Assembly (NCBI GenBank): GCA_035603475.1
Contig: DATNKH010000791.1
Coordinates: forward strand, 1-43,067
DNA: 43,067 nt
Direction of reading: 5' to 3'
DNA from: Thermoanaerobaculia bacterium
GTDB lineage: Bacteria > Acidobacteriota > Thermoanaerobaculia > Multivoradales > UBA5704
Part shown: positions 1 through 8,717 of the stretch, in pieces
Layout: each line of letters opens with the position of its first letter
Position numbering within the stretch: the first letter of the stretch is position 1
Program-made: the position numbers and the translations under genes
The notes under the pieces: model-generated
What the model was told of the DNA's origin: nothing
Database searches by the model: none
What the model saw: only the letters and a program-made list of their open reading frames with translations

Positions 1-1
1 G

Positions 2-283
2 GTGGTGGAGGTGGCCGATCCGCTGACCCACCTGGCCGCCCAGGGCGCCGGCGCCCGCGGCGGCCGGCGCCGCCAGCGCGTGACCGCCTACATGCCGGGA
101 CGGGTGGTGGCGCTGCTGGCGGCCGAAGGGCAGGCGGTCACGGCCGGCCAGGGGGTGCTGGTGCTCGAGGCGATGAAGATGCAGAACGAGATCCTGGCCG
201 AGCACGACGGCACCGTCACCCGCATCCTGGTCCAGCCGGGCCAGTCGGTGGACGGCGGCGAGCCGCTGTTCGAGCTCGAGTGA
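2..283 (+). CDS. Biotinyl/lipoyl carrier domain protein, C-terminal fragment (5' end lies outside the window)
   Basis: The ORF is open from the window edge. It carries the biotin attachment motif EAMKMQNEI (A-M-K-M). The stop TGA 281-283 overlaps the GTG start of the next gene (GTGA). Confidence 0.8.
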   Translation: MVEVADPLTHLAAQGAGARGGRRRQRVTAYMPGRVVALLAAEGQAVTAGQGVLVLEAMKMQNEILAEHDGTVTRILVQPGQSVDGGEPLFELE

Positions 284-2106
284 GCGGCCCCGATTCACCC
301 GGCCCGAGCGGACCCTCCGATCCGAGCGCGGAGATCGCACCGGGTGCCACCGGCGCGCCGAGGCGGCCGGCGGCGGCGCGGATCGCCGGGCTGGTGCTGC
401 TCGCCGCTTTCGGCGGGCTGTGCGCCCACGGCCTGCGCTGGGACAGCCCGACCGTCGACGAGTTCGCGCACCTGCCAGCCGGCTACTACTACCTGAAGAC
501 CGGCAACTTCGAGCTCTACGACCTGAATCCGCCGCTGCCGCGGGTGCTCAGCGCCCTGCCGTTGCTCGCCCTGTCGCCACAGATCGACACCGGCGCGCGG
601 CTGCGCGACAACGGCTGGTACCCCTGGGTGTTCGCGACCGATTTCATGCGCCGCAACCGCGAGCGCTTCGACCGGATCTTCCTCTTCGGGCGATTGCCGG
701 TGGTCGGTCTCGGCATGGCGCTGGCGCTGCTGGTCTGGCACTGGGCGCGCCGCCTCTACGGCGAGGAGGCCGGCCTGGTCGCGCTCGCGGGCTGCGCCTT
801 CTGCCCCAGCCTCATCGCCCACGCCCATCTCGCCACGACCGACGTCGCCTTCGCGCTGGCGGCGACCGCCGCGCTCTACCTCGCGCAGCGCTGGCTCGAG
901 CGCCCGCGGCTGCCAGCGCTCCTCGCCGCCGGCGCCGCGCTGGGCCTCGCCCAGCTCACCAAGTTCAGCGCCGTGCTCCTCTACCCGGTCCTGCTGCTGC
1001 TCGCCGTCGCGGCCCTGGTCCGCGGCGAGCGTTTCCCGCTGCGCGACCGATCGGACGTTGTCCGCGACGGACGTCACCGGTCGCACGCCGCCGAGCTGGG
1101 CTGGAGCCTGGCGTCGCTGGCGGTGCTCGGACTGGTCAGCCTGGCAGTGCTGGACGCCGGGTACCTGTTCCAAGGGGTCGGCGGGGCGGTGGGGGGCTAT
1201 CAGTTCCGCAGCCGGCTGATGAAGGTGCTGGCCGCTGCCCTGCCGCGCAGGCTCCCGCTGCCGCTTCCAGCCCCTTACCTGCACGGCTTCGACTCCATCC
1301 AGCTGATCAACGAGCAGGGCGAGTTCCCGACCTGGTTCTGTGGGAGATGGCTGCCCCAGGGAACCTGGCTCTACTACCCGCTGACTCTGCTGCTGAAGAC
1401 GCCGCTGCCGCTGCTGGCCGCCTGGCTTGCGGCGCCCTTCGCGCGCCTCCCGCGGTCACCGGCAGACGCCGGCCGCCGCCGGCACGAGGAGTTCCTCTGG
1501 TTGCCGGTCTTGGTGCTGCTGGCCGTCTTCTCCCTGGGATCGAAAGTCAGCTACGGCATTCGCTACCTGCTGCCGATCGTGCCCCTGGCCTGCATCTACA
1601 GCGGCCGCCTGGTGCCCTGGCTCCGCACCCGCGGCCGGGCGGTCCGCGCGGCGGCCCTCGCGCTGCTGCTGATCTATCCGGCCTCGGCGCTCCTCGCGAC
1701 GCCCGACACGATCGCCTACTTCAATCCCCTGGCGGTGGGCGGCGGCGACCGCTACCTGCTCGATTCCAACCTCGACTGGGGTCAAGGCCTGAAGCGGCTG
1801 CGCGCCTTCCTCGACCGCGAGCACCTCCCGGGCATCCCCCTCGCCTACTTCGGCCACGTCGACCCATCCATCTACGGCATCCGCTGGCGCTTCCCCGATC
1901 CGAACCATCCCGGCCCAGCCGTGGTGAGCGCCAACTTCGCGCACGGCTATCCCTATGTCACGAACGTCCGCGGCCACATGGTGCCCGTCCCGGCCGGCGC
2001 CTTCAGCTGGATCGCCCGCCACCCCCGCCGCGCCGACCTTGGAGGGGGTCTCTACCTCTACGAGATCGGCGCCGGGATGACCTCCGATGGAGCCGGCGGA
2101 AGATGA
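280..2106 (+). CDS. Polytopic membrane glycosyltransferase, GT39/GT83 (ArnT/PMT-like) family
   Basis: 608-aa ORF. The early loop DEFAHLPAGYYYLKTGNFELYDLNPPLPR resembles the acidic first periplasmic loop of ArnT/PMT-like enzymes. There are many hydrophobic helices (VVGLGMALALLVW, LLYPVLLLLAVAALV, VLVLLAVFSL). The family call is from recall only. Confidence 0.65.
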   Translation: MSGPDSPGPSGPSDPSAEIAPGATGAPRRPAAARIAGLVLLAAFGGLCAHGLRWDSPTVDEFAHLPAGYYYLKTGNFELYDLNPPLPRVLSALPLLALSPQIDTGARLRDNGWYPWVFATDFMRRNRERFDRIFLFGRLPVVGLGMALALLVWHWARRLYGEEAGLVALAGCAFCPSLIAHAHLATTDVAFALAATAALYLAQRWLERPRLPALLAAGAALGLAQLTKFSAVLLYPVLLLLAVAALVRGERFPLRDRSDVVRDGRHRSHAAELGWSLASLAVLGLVSLAVLDAGYLFQGVGGAVGGYQFRSRLMKVLAAALPRRLPLPLPAPYLHGFDSIQLINEQGEFPTWFCGRWLPQGTWLYYPLTLLLKTPLPLLAAWLAAPFARLPRSPADAGRRRHEEFLWLPVLVLLAVFSLGSKVSYGIRYLLPIVPLACIYSGRLVPWLRTRGRAVRAAALALLLIYPASALLATPDTIAYFNPLAVGGGDRYLLDSNLDWGQGLKRLRAFLDREHLPGIPLAYFGHVDPSIYGIRWRFPDPNHPGPAVVSANFAHGYPYVTNVRGHMVPVPAGAFSWIARHPRRADLGGGLYLYEIGAGMTSDGAGGR

Positions 2107-2129
2107 ACGACTGCGAGCGGTTGACGGAT

Positions 2130-2158
2130 TTGACATATTGATGCCGAGATAATATGTT
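2130..2158 (+). promoter_or_regulatory. Candidate sigma70-type promoter for the vapBC module (TTGACA-17 nt-TATGTT)
   Basis: TTGACA at 2130-2135, a 17-nt spacer, then TATGTT at 2153-2158, in an AT-rich patch unusual for this genome. The -10 ends about 8 nt before ATG 2166, so the mRNA would be leaderless or nearly so. Confidence 0.3.
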
Positions 2159-2165
2159 TTGATGC

Positions 2166-2414
2166 ATGAGGACGACAATCCGATTGGACGACCATTTGCT
2201 CGCCGAAGCCAAGCAGCGTGCTGCTCGCGGCGGGCTCACCCTCACTGCCGTGATCGAGCAGGCGCTGCGTGAGAGCTTCAGCCGCCGGGAGCGCCGTGAG
2301 CAGAAGCCCGTAACGCTGCCGTCGTGGGGGGAGGGCTGGGTCTTGCCAGGAGTCGACCTCGACGATTCCGCCGCGTTGCTCGACCTGATGGAGCGCGAGG
2401 ATGCTCCTCCCTGA
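2166..2414 (+). CDS. vapB: Type II antitoxin, VapB/ribbon-helix-helix-like
   Basis: 82-aa ORF starting MRTTIRLDDHLLAEAKQRAA..LTAVIEQALRE, typical of an RHH-type antitoxin. It overlaps the downstream PIN gene by 14 nt. Confidence 0.75.
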   Translation: MRTTIRLDDHLLAEAKQRAARGGLTLTAVIEQALRESFSRRERREQKPVTLPSWGEGWVLPGVDLDDSAALLDLMEREDAPP

Positions 2415-2829
2415 CGTCAACGTCTTGGTCTATGCGCATCGCCAGGACGGGCCCGAGTATCCCCTCTATCGTGCTTGGCTGGAAGAGTTGGTGAGCGCCG
2501 ATGCGGCGTTCGGCATGGCCGACATCGTTCTCAGTGGCTTCTTGCGGATCGTCACCAACCCGCGGGTCTTCGCCCGCCCAACCCCGGTCAATCTTGCCGT
2601 CAGCTTCGCCGAGGAGCTGCGAGCCCAGCCGAACTGCGTGACGGTAGCTCCCGGACCGAGGCACTGGTCGATCTTCACCCGTCTCTGCGTCGGGGCGGGC
2701 GCGAAAGGCAATCTGGTTGCCGACGCCTATCTCGCCGCACTCGCCATCGAGTCGGGAAGCGAGTGGATCACCTCCGACCGCGGCTTCAGCCGGTTCCCGG
2801 AACTGCGCTGGCGCCATCCCCTGGCTTGA
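2401..2829 (+). CDS. vapC: Type II toxin, PIN-domain ribonuclease VapC
   Basis: 142 aa. It starts MLLPDVNVLVYA (first PIN Asp). The C-terminal region DAYLAALAIESGSEWITSDRGFSRF matches the PIN distal Asp motif. It is paired with a small upstream antitoxin. Confidence 0.85.
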   Translation: MLLPDVNVLVYAHRQDGPEYPLYRAWLEELVSADAAFGMADIVLSGFLRIVTNPRVFARPTPVNLAVSFAEELRAQPNCVTVAPGPRHWSIFTRLCVGAGAKGNLVADAYLAALAIESGSEWITSDRGFSRFPELRWRHPLA

Positions 2830-2874
2830 TTCCGAAGCGGGCGCCCAGCGGGTAGGTGCCGCCGGGACAGAGCT

Positions 2875-3378
2875 TCACCGTTGCTTCGGCTGGATGACGT
2901 CCAGCACGGACGGAGGCAGATCCTGGATGCGCCCGACGAAGGCAGCGAGAGACCAGAGCTGCTTGTCGGTGTAGGTGGTACCCCAAGCGGACATGCCGGA
3001 CCTGCGGATGCCGTGCTTGATGATCCAGAACCGCTCGGCTTCCGAGGATTGCGAGGCGGCGTGCGCGAACACGGGCGGTGGAGAGAAGAGGGCGCGCTTG
3101 CGGCGAGGGCCTCCCGGCTTGCCGTGGCATCCGTCGCAGCCATCCAGGTAGAGTTTCCCGCCAGCGATCAGATCACCGTCGGACGGCGGCGAGGAGCTGC
3201 GCACCTGGGGTGCGCGTCGCCGGACGGAGGCGTGCACGGCGAACTGCATCAGATGGCGTTGCCAGGCGGGAGCGGCGACGTCGCCGCGCACTTCAACGGC
3301 GCCCAGCCGTAGACAACCGATCACGCCCGCCACGAGGAACACGAGCGTGCCGAGAAAACCGAGGGTGAACTGTTTCAT
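2875..3378 (-). CDS. Membrane-anchored c-type cytochrome (one CXXCH)
   Basis: 167 aa with an N-terminal hydrophobic anchor FLGTLVFLVAGVIG and the haem-binding motif CDGCHG. It is clearly paralogous to the next gene. Confidence 0.75.
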   Translation of the reverse strand: MKQFTLGFLGTLVFLVAGVIGCLRLGAVEVRGDVAAPAWQRHLMQFAVHASVRRRAPQVRSSSPPSDGDLIAGGKLYLDGCDGCHGKPGGPRRKRALFSPPPVFAHAASQSSEAERFWIIKHGIRRSGMSAWGTTYTDKQLWSLAAFVGRIQDLPPSVLDVIQPKQR

Positions 3379-3402
3379 CGCAGTCCTCCTGCTTGGCCCA
3401 GC

Positions 3403-3921
3403 CTACTTTGACGCCGGCGATTGGAGGGCCTTGGCGACCGCAGGCGGCAGGTTGCCGATCCGGGCGATGAAGGCGGTGAGGCGCCAGAGATCGGAATCCG
3501 AGTAGTGCGGGGATTGCGGGTACATCCCGCTCATGCGGATGCCGTGCTTCGCGACCCAGAAGAGCTCGGCGTCCGAGTACTGCGATCCGGCCTGTGCGAA
3601 CTGCGGCGCCGGCGGAAAGAACGTCACACCGTAGTCGCTGGGATGTCCGGGAGCGCCGTGGCAGCCGACGCAATCGTTCATGTAGAGCTTGCCCCCGGCC
3701 ACCAGGGTGGCATCCGCATGGGGCAGGGGATTCGGCATGGTCTGCATGGCCGCTGCTCGCCGCCGCACGGAGGCGTGAACCGCAGCGGGCATCAAGCCGG
3801 CTTCCCATGCGGCGGGCTTCGCATCGGCGGCCACCTCCATGAGGCCAAGGCCCAGGTAAGTGGCCGTGGCGATCGCCAGCAGGGCAAGCGCGCAAAGAGA
3901 GCCCGCGATCAGGTGCTTCAC
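3403..3921 (-). CDS. Membrane-anchored c-type cytochrome, tandem paralogue
   Basis: Haem motif CVGCHG. It shares blocks with 2875-3378 (AVHASVRRRA, AGGKLY..C.GCHG, FW..KHGIR.SGM, LP P.V). The track ORF extends to 4047. Alignment with the paralogue favours the GTG at 3921 (VKHLIAGSLCALALL = anchor helix), preceded by a G-rich SD-like stretch. Confidence 0.7.
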   Translation of the reverse strand: MKHLIAGSLCALALLAIATATYLGLGLMEVAADAKPAAWEAGLMPAAVHASVRRRAAAMQTMPNPLPHADATLVAGGKLYMNDCVGCHGAPGHPSDYGVTFFPPAPQFAQAGSQYSDAELFWVAKHGIRMSGMYPQSPHYSDSDLWRLTAFIARIGNLPPAVAKALQSPASK

Positions 3922-4085
3922 CTCGCAGGCCCCCGAGGAGAGCCGGCGGCCGGCGTCGGGCGGTCGGTGTCCTTGGAGAGGAACAGAGGCTGCATCATGA
4001 GGGCGCTCCTTGGCAGTCCCTTTGGCGGTAGGATGGGCGAGCCCCACCCGACCCGGTCAGAGTAGTCGGCGCGCGGCGCGAAGTC

Positions 4086-6374
4086 GTGAAGCTTCCCTGG
4101 GCAATCCCTGAAGCTTCTCGCAGGTTTCTCTCGTCGGAAGGGCGTTCATCGCCGGCCGGCGGGCCGCGGCCAGCCGAGGCGGCGCATCGTCATGGGAGAG
4201 CTCGAAGCTCCTCGCCCCGTCGTTCCCCCGGCTCCCGGCGCCGTCGTCTTCGGTCCATTCCGCTTCGACGCCGCCGACGGAGCGCTGTTCGGGACGGTGC
4301 CGAGGTGCCGTTGCCGCCCCGCGCCCTGGGCGTGCTGGCGCTCCTGGTCGAGCGCGCCGGCAGGCTGGTGCCCAAGCAGCTCCTGCTGGACACTGTCTGG
4401 AACGACGCCGTCGTCACCGAGACCTCGCTCACCGAGGCGGTGAGCGTGCTGCGCCAGGCGCTCCGCGACAATCCCCAGGCACCGACCTACATCCAGACGG
4501 TCCACCGCCGGGGCTATCGCTTCATCGCCGCGGCTGAGCCGCAAGCGCCGCGCATGCTCCACGAGCCGATCAGGGCCGGCAGCCGGCTGCCCCGGAGGAC
4601 CGGCCTGGCGCTGGCCATCGCGGCGGCGGCGCTCGCCGCCGCCCTCGCGGGCATGTGGCAGTCACTGCGCCGGCCGGCCCCGCTCGCCGGGACGGAGACA
4701 CCCCGGCGCCTGCTCATCGGCATCCCGCCAGGCGCCGTCCTGGATGCCGGCTTGGCGCCGGCGCTTGCCCTCTCGCCCTCCGGCGAGCAGCTGATCTTCG
4801 TGGCGCGCGAAGGCGGCACGCAGCGGCTGTACTTACGCGCTCTGGACCGTTTCGAGGCCAGCCCGATCGTGGGGAGCGAGGGGGCCGCGGCGCCTTTCTT
4901 CTCACCGGACGGTGAGTGGGTTGGCTTCTTCGCCCACGGCAAGCTCGAGAAGGTGGCGCTCGCCGGCGGCGAGCCGCTGGCCGTCTGCGACTCGCCTTAC
5001 CCCTATGGCGCCAGCTGGGGCGAGGATGGCTCCATCTTGTTTGCGCCCGATTACGCCTCCGGCTTGCGCCGCGCCGCCGCCGCGGGCGGCCAGCCAACCG
5101 TGCTCACCACCCCTGATCCAAGGGCCGGCGAGATCGGCCACCGCTGGCCGGAGGTGCTGCCGGGTGGGCGTGCGGCCCTGTTCACGGTGTGGCGGCGTGG
5201 TGGCTGGAAAGACGCCTCGGTCGAGCTCCTCGACCTCCAGACCGGTCGTCGCAGGGAGCTCATCCGGGGAGGAAGCTTTGCCCGCTATGCGCCCACGGGT
5301 CACCTCGTCTTCGCCCGTGCCGGCGGGGCACAAGGCTTGGCGGCGGTCGCTTTCGACCTGGGTCGGTTGGCGGTCCGCGGATCGCCCGTCGCCGTGCTCG
5401 ACGGCGTGCGCACCGACCCGGCCCAGGGAGCCGGCCAGTTCACCCTGTCGCGAGACGGCACGCTGGTGTACCTCCCGGGCGGACCCCAGGGCAACAGCAG
5501 GGCGGTCTACCTCCTTGCCCCCGCCGGCGGCGGACGGGCTCTGCCGCTGCCGGCGCGGTCGTACCGCAACCTGGCGCTCTCGGCGGACGGCCGGCGGCTT
5601 GCCTTGACGGTGCGCGAGCTCGATCGCTCGGAGCTCTGGGTCTCGGAGATCGATCGCGGCAGTCTCTCCCGCCTGACCTACGAGGGCGACAGCATCGAGC
5701 CGGTCTGGAGCCCCGACGGGCAATGGATCGCGTTCGCCTGGGCGCGCGGCGGACGCCACGAGATCTTCCGCGTCGCTGCGGACGGCAGCCGTCCGCCCGA
5801 GCGCCTCCTGGGTGGCGGCGGCAACATCCGTTTCCCGACGTCCTTCTCGCCCGATGGCAGGCTCCTCGCCTTCACCGAGATCGCTCCCGCAACTGGTGCC
5901 GACCTCTGGGTGCTGCCGCTGGGGGGAGCTCCGTGGCCTTTCTTGCGTACGGGTTTCAACGAAGCAGGGGCGCGCTTCTCGCCGGATGGCCGCTGGCTCG
6001 CCTACGAATCGAACGAGTCGGGGAGCATGGAGGTCTATGTGCGCCCCTTTCCCGGGCCGGGCGGGAAATGGCAGATCTCGGTGGGAGGTGGTTCGCTGCC
6101 TGCGTGGTCGGCCGACAGCCGTCGCGTCGTCTATCGCAGCGGGACCAAGCTCATGGCGGTGGAGCTGACCCAGGACGCGGCCGGCCGCCTGTCTGCCGGT
6201 CCGCCGCACCAGGAGCTCGACGAACCGGAGCTCGACCGCTTCGCCTTGCGCCCGGACGGGCGCAGCTTCCTGGTCTTTCGGCGAGCCTCGGCGGAGCCGG
6301 AACGCCTGCACGTGGTCCTGGGCTTCGGCAGAGAGCTCGCCCGCCTCGCACCGGCGGGCGGCCGTGCTCCTTAG
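4086..6374 (+). CDS. CadC/OmpR-type winged-helix regulator - TM helix - periplasmic TolB-like (PD40/WD40-like) beta-propeller, with a probable frameshift near 4290
   Basis: wHTH core VPLPPRALGVLALLVERAGRLVPKQLLLDTVWNDAVVTETSLTEAVSVLRQALRD...YIQTVHRRGYRFIA. TM helix GLALAIAAAALAAALAGMW. Repeated FSPDGEWVGF / WSPDGQWIAF / FSPDGRLLAF / FSPDGRWLAY blades. The first wHTH strands (VVFGPFRFDAADGALF) are encoded in another frame (ORF 4192-4443). Confidence 0.75.
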   Translation: MKLPWAIPEASRRFLSSEGRSSPAGGPRPAEAAHRHGRARSSSPRRSPGSRRRRLRSIPLRRRRRSAVRDGAEVPLPPRALGVLALLVERAGRLVPKQLLLDTVWNDAVVTETSLTEAVSVLRQALRDNPQAPTYIQTVHRRGYRFIAAAEPQAPRMLHEPIRAGSRLPRRTGLALAIAAAALAAALAGMWQSLRRPAPLAGTETPRRLLIGIPPGAVLDAGLAPALALSPSGEQLIFVAREGGTQRLYLRALDRFEASPIVGSEGAAAPFFSPDGEWVGFFAHGKLEKVALAGGEPLAVCDSPYPYGASWGEDGSILFAPDYASGLRRAAAAGGQPTVLTTPDPRAGEIGHRWPEVLPGGRAALFTVWRRGGWKDASVELLDLQTGRRRELIRGGSFARYAPTGHLVFARAGGAQGLAAVAFDLGRLAVRGSPVAVLDGVRTDPAQGAGQFTLSRDGTLVYLPGGPQGNSRAVYLLAPAGGGRALPLPARSYRNLALSADGRRLALTVRELDRSELWVSEIDRGSLSRLTYEGDSIEPVWSPDGQWIAFAWARGGRHEIFRVAADGSRPPERLLGGGGNIRFPTSFSPDGRLLAFTEIAPATGADLWVLPLGGAPWPFLRTGFNEAGARFSPDGRWLAYESNESGSMEVYVRPFPGPGGKWQISVGGGSLPAWSADSRRVVYRSGTKLMAVELTQDAAGRLSAGPPHQELDEPELDRFALRPDGRSFLVFRRASAEPERLHVVLGFGRELARLAPAGGRAP

Positions 6375-6380
6375 GACCCG

Positions 6381-7463
6381 TCAGCCACGCCGAGGACGGT
6401 CCCAGCGGCGGTGCATCCAGAGCCACATCTCGGGGTGATCGCGGATCTCTCGCTCGATGGCTTCCAGGTAGCGCCGGGTGAGCGTGGCGACCGCCGTCGC
6501 GGTGTCCTCGCCGCCCGTGCCGAGGTCGTCGTTCGGGTAGTGGGTCAGTCTCCCTCGACCTCCCTTTGGGCGAGGGGCCCAGGCTCCAGCGGCGTATGAT
6601 TTTGGCCCCTCGCCCAAAGGGAGGTCGCGGGAAACTGACCCACTACCGTCGTTCGCCTCGGCTTGGCTCGCGCCGGCGTCCTCTCCGGAGGCTCCTGCCT
6701 CGTCCGGCAGGATGGGCGGGCGGATCACCAGGCGGTAGCGGCCGCCGGGCTCCGGATAGGCGAAGACCGGCACCACCGGGCAGCCGTCGCGGAGGACGAG
6801 GCGGGCGAGGACGGGGGTGGTGAGGGCCGGGTGGCCGAAGAAGGGGACCAGGATGCCTTCGCGCTCTTGCACGCGTTGATCGGGCAGGATGCCGACGCGG
6901 CCGCCGGCTCGCACGACCTGCAGCATGCGGCGTGCGGCGCCTCGCTTGGGGATGACGGCGTAGCCGAGGCCGCGGCGCAGGCGCGAGAGCTCGCGGTCAA
7001 GGTGGGGGTTGTCGGCCGGACGGGCGACGGTGTGGATGACGCCACGATAGAGGCCGATGGGGCGCCCCGAGATCTCCCAGTAGCCGTGATGGGCGCCGAG
7101 CAGGAAGACGCCGCGGCCCAGGCGCTCGGCGCGGTCGAGGTGCTCCCACCCCTCGTAGCGGAAGCGGCGGCAGAGCTCGACGGCGTCGAAGCGCTCGGAG
7201 GAGATGAGGTCGAAGAGGGCGGCGCCGAAGTGGCGGAAGCAGGCGGTCACCAGGCGGCTGCGCTCCCCGGCGGCGAGCGTGGGGAAGGCGAGAGCCAGGT
7301 TGGCGGCGGCGACCTCGCGGTGCCGCCGGTCGAGGCGGCAGGCCAGGCCGCCGAGGACGGCGCCGAGCGGCCGCGCCGCGGCATGAGGCAAGGCCCGGAT
7401 GATCCCCTTGAACGCCAGGTAGGCGCCGTACTCCAGACGATGCCGTACCGGCGCGTGCTTCAC
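6381..7463 (-). CDS. Lipid A biosynthesis (LpxL/HtrB-type) lysophospholipid acyltransferase family protein, with an insertion
   Basis: 360 aa with the HX4D-type block LGAHHGYWE. The C-terminus IREHPEMWLWMHRRW matches the LpxL-family ...EQYLW.HRRFK ending. It is last in the waaA-lpxK operon. It is about 55 aa longer than I expect for the family because of the 6536-6647 element region. Confidence 0.8.
   Translation of the reverse strand: MKHAPVRHRLEYGAYLAFKGIIRALPHAAARPLGAVLGGLACRLDRRHREVAAANLALAFPTLAAGERSRLVTACFRHFGAALFDLISSERFDAVELCRRFRYEGWEHLDRAERLGRGVFLLGAHHGYWEISGRPIGLYRGVIHTVARPADNPHLDRELSRLRRGLGYAVIPKRGAARRMLQVVRAGGRVGILPDQRVQEREGILVPFFGHPALTTPVLARLVLRDGCPVVPVFAYPEPGGRYRLVIRPPILPDEAGASGEDAGASQAEANDGSGSVSRDLPLGEGPKSYAAGAWAPRPKGGRGRLTHYPNDDLGTGGEDTATAVATLTRRYLEAIEREIRDHPEMWLWMHRRWDRPRRG
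6536..6647. repeat. Palindromic (MITE/REP-like) element: 43-44-bp inverted arms and a 24-nt loop, inside a CDS
   Basis: Left arm 6537-6579 is GTAGTGGGTCAGTCTCCCTCGACCTCCCTTTGGGCGAGGGGCC. The reverse complement of 6604-6646 is GTAGTGGGTCAGTTTCCCGCGACCTCCCTTTGGGCGAGGGGCC. That is 41/43 identical, and one more pair (6536/6647) also matches. Confidence 0.9.
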
Positions 7464-7553
7464 CGCCGGCCTCGCTCGCCAGGCACCTTGCCGGCGAACA
7501 ACCGCTCGCGGCAGGTGGCACTGGTGTGCTTCAACGCCGGCCTCGGCGGACCG

Positions 7554-8717
7554 TCACCGCTCTGACCCGCCGCCAGCCTGGTGCGGACGAAGATTGGTGG
7601 CTGGCGCGGCGAGGTGCCGGTCGGTGGCGGCGTCTAGCCAGGTCCAGAAGGCCGGCTCCGGTTCGGCGGCGACCGGCAGCTCGGCGAGCGGCGCTGCCAG
7701 CCGGCCCAGGAGCTTGACGCGGTCCTTGGCGGTGACCAGCACGGCCGCGGCGCCGCTGGCCGCGGCCCGCGCCGCGATGCGGGCCAGGCTGGCAGGCGGG
7801 TAGGTGTGATGGTCGGGGAACCGCAGCTCTGCCATGACGGCGAAGTCTAGCTCGCGGACGGTGGCGGCGAACTGCTCCGGGCGGGCGATGGCGCTGACCA
7901 GCAGGACCCGGCTGCCGGCGGCCAGCGGCACGATGCCGGCGGGGCCGTGAAGGACCGCGGCGCCGGCGCGCAAGGCGCAGGCGAAGCCCGGCCCGGTGAA
8001 GCCGTAAGGCCGCAGCGCCGCCGCCAGGGCTGCGCCGGGACCCGGCCCGCCCGCCGCTTTCCCGGCCGCCTCGCCCGCGGCCGTCCCGCCCGGCTCCGGC
8101 GTGCCGGTGAGCAGCGCCGCGTCGGCCCGGGCCGACGCGGCGAGGGGCTCGCGCAGGCGGCCGCCCGGCCAGAGCCGGCCGCCGCCGAAGGGGTCCGCGG
8201 CGGGGAAGGCGAGCAGGTCGAGGTCGCGGTGCAGGCCCAAGTGGGAGAAACCGTCGTCGAGCAGGAAGAGCTCGGGAGCGGGCCGCAGACGCGCCAAGGC
8301 CTCCAGGCCGGCCCGGTGCCGGTCGGCGCCGACCACCACCGCGACTCCCGGCAGCTCGCCGGCAAGCAGCACCGGCTCGTCGCCGGCCTCTGCCGGCGTC
8401 AGGAGCGGACCGTCGCCGCGGCTCACGATGCGCACGTCGCCGCCGCCGCGGCGGCCGTAGCCGCGCGACAGGATGCAGACCGCCAGGCCCCGCTGCCGCA
8501 GGTGGGCGGCCACGGCGGCGACCAGCGGGGTCTTGCCGCCCCCGCCCCAGTGCAGATTGCCGACGCTGATCACCGGCAGCGGCAGGCGGCGGGCGCGTTT
8601 GAGGTACCACCGCCGGCGCAGGCGGTGGGCCGCGGCATAGAGCCGCTGCCAGGGCGAGTCGGCGGGCGGCGGTTGGCCCAAGGAGATCTCGAGGCCGGCG
8701 GCGACGGCGGTGTCCAT
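7554..8717 (-). CDS. lpxK: Tetraacyldisaccharide 4'-kinase
   Basis: P-loop VISVGNLHWGGGGKTPLVAAVAAHLRQRG matches the LpxK signature (..GN.TVGG.GKTP). The start is chosen at MDTAV (ATG 8717-8715), which overlaps the waaA stop as ATGA. The track ORF 7554-8933 is over-extended with an R-rich artefactual N-terminus. Confidence 0.85.
   Translation of the reverse strand: MDTAVAAGLEISLGQPPPADSPWQRLYAAAHRLRRRWYLKRARRLPLPVISVGNLHWGGGGKTPLVAAVAAHLRQRGLAVCILSRGYGRRGGGDVRIVSRGDGPLLTPAEAGDEPVLLAGELPGVAVVVGADRHRAGLEALARLRPAPELFLLDDGFSHLGLHRDLDLLAFPAADPFGGGRLWPGGRLREPLAASARADAALLTGTPEPGGTAAGEAAGKAAGGPGPGAALAAALRPYGFTGPGFACALRAGAAVLHGPAGIVPLAAGSRVLLVSAIARPEQFAATVRELDFAVMAELRFPDHHTYPPASLARIAARAAASGAAAVLVTAKDRVKLLGRLAAPLAELPVAAEPEPAFWTWLDAATDRHLAAPATNLRPHQAGGGSER

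Noticed and set aside
4286-4294. Programmed -1 ribosomal frameshift in the CadC-like gene
   Set aside because: The junction (G CTG TTC GGG) is not an X XXY YYZ slippery heptamer, and I see no obvious downstream stimulatory structure. An indel or sequencing error is more parsimonious.
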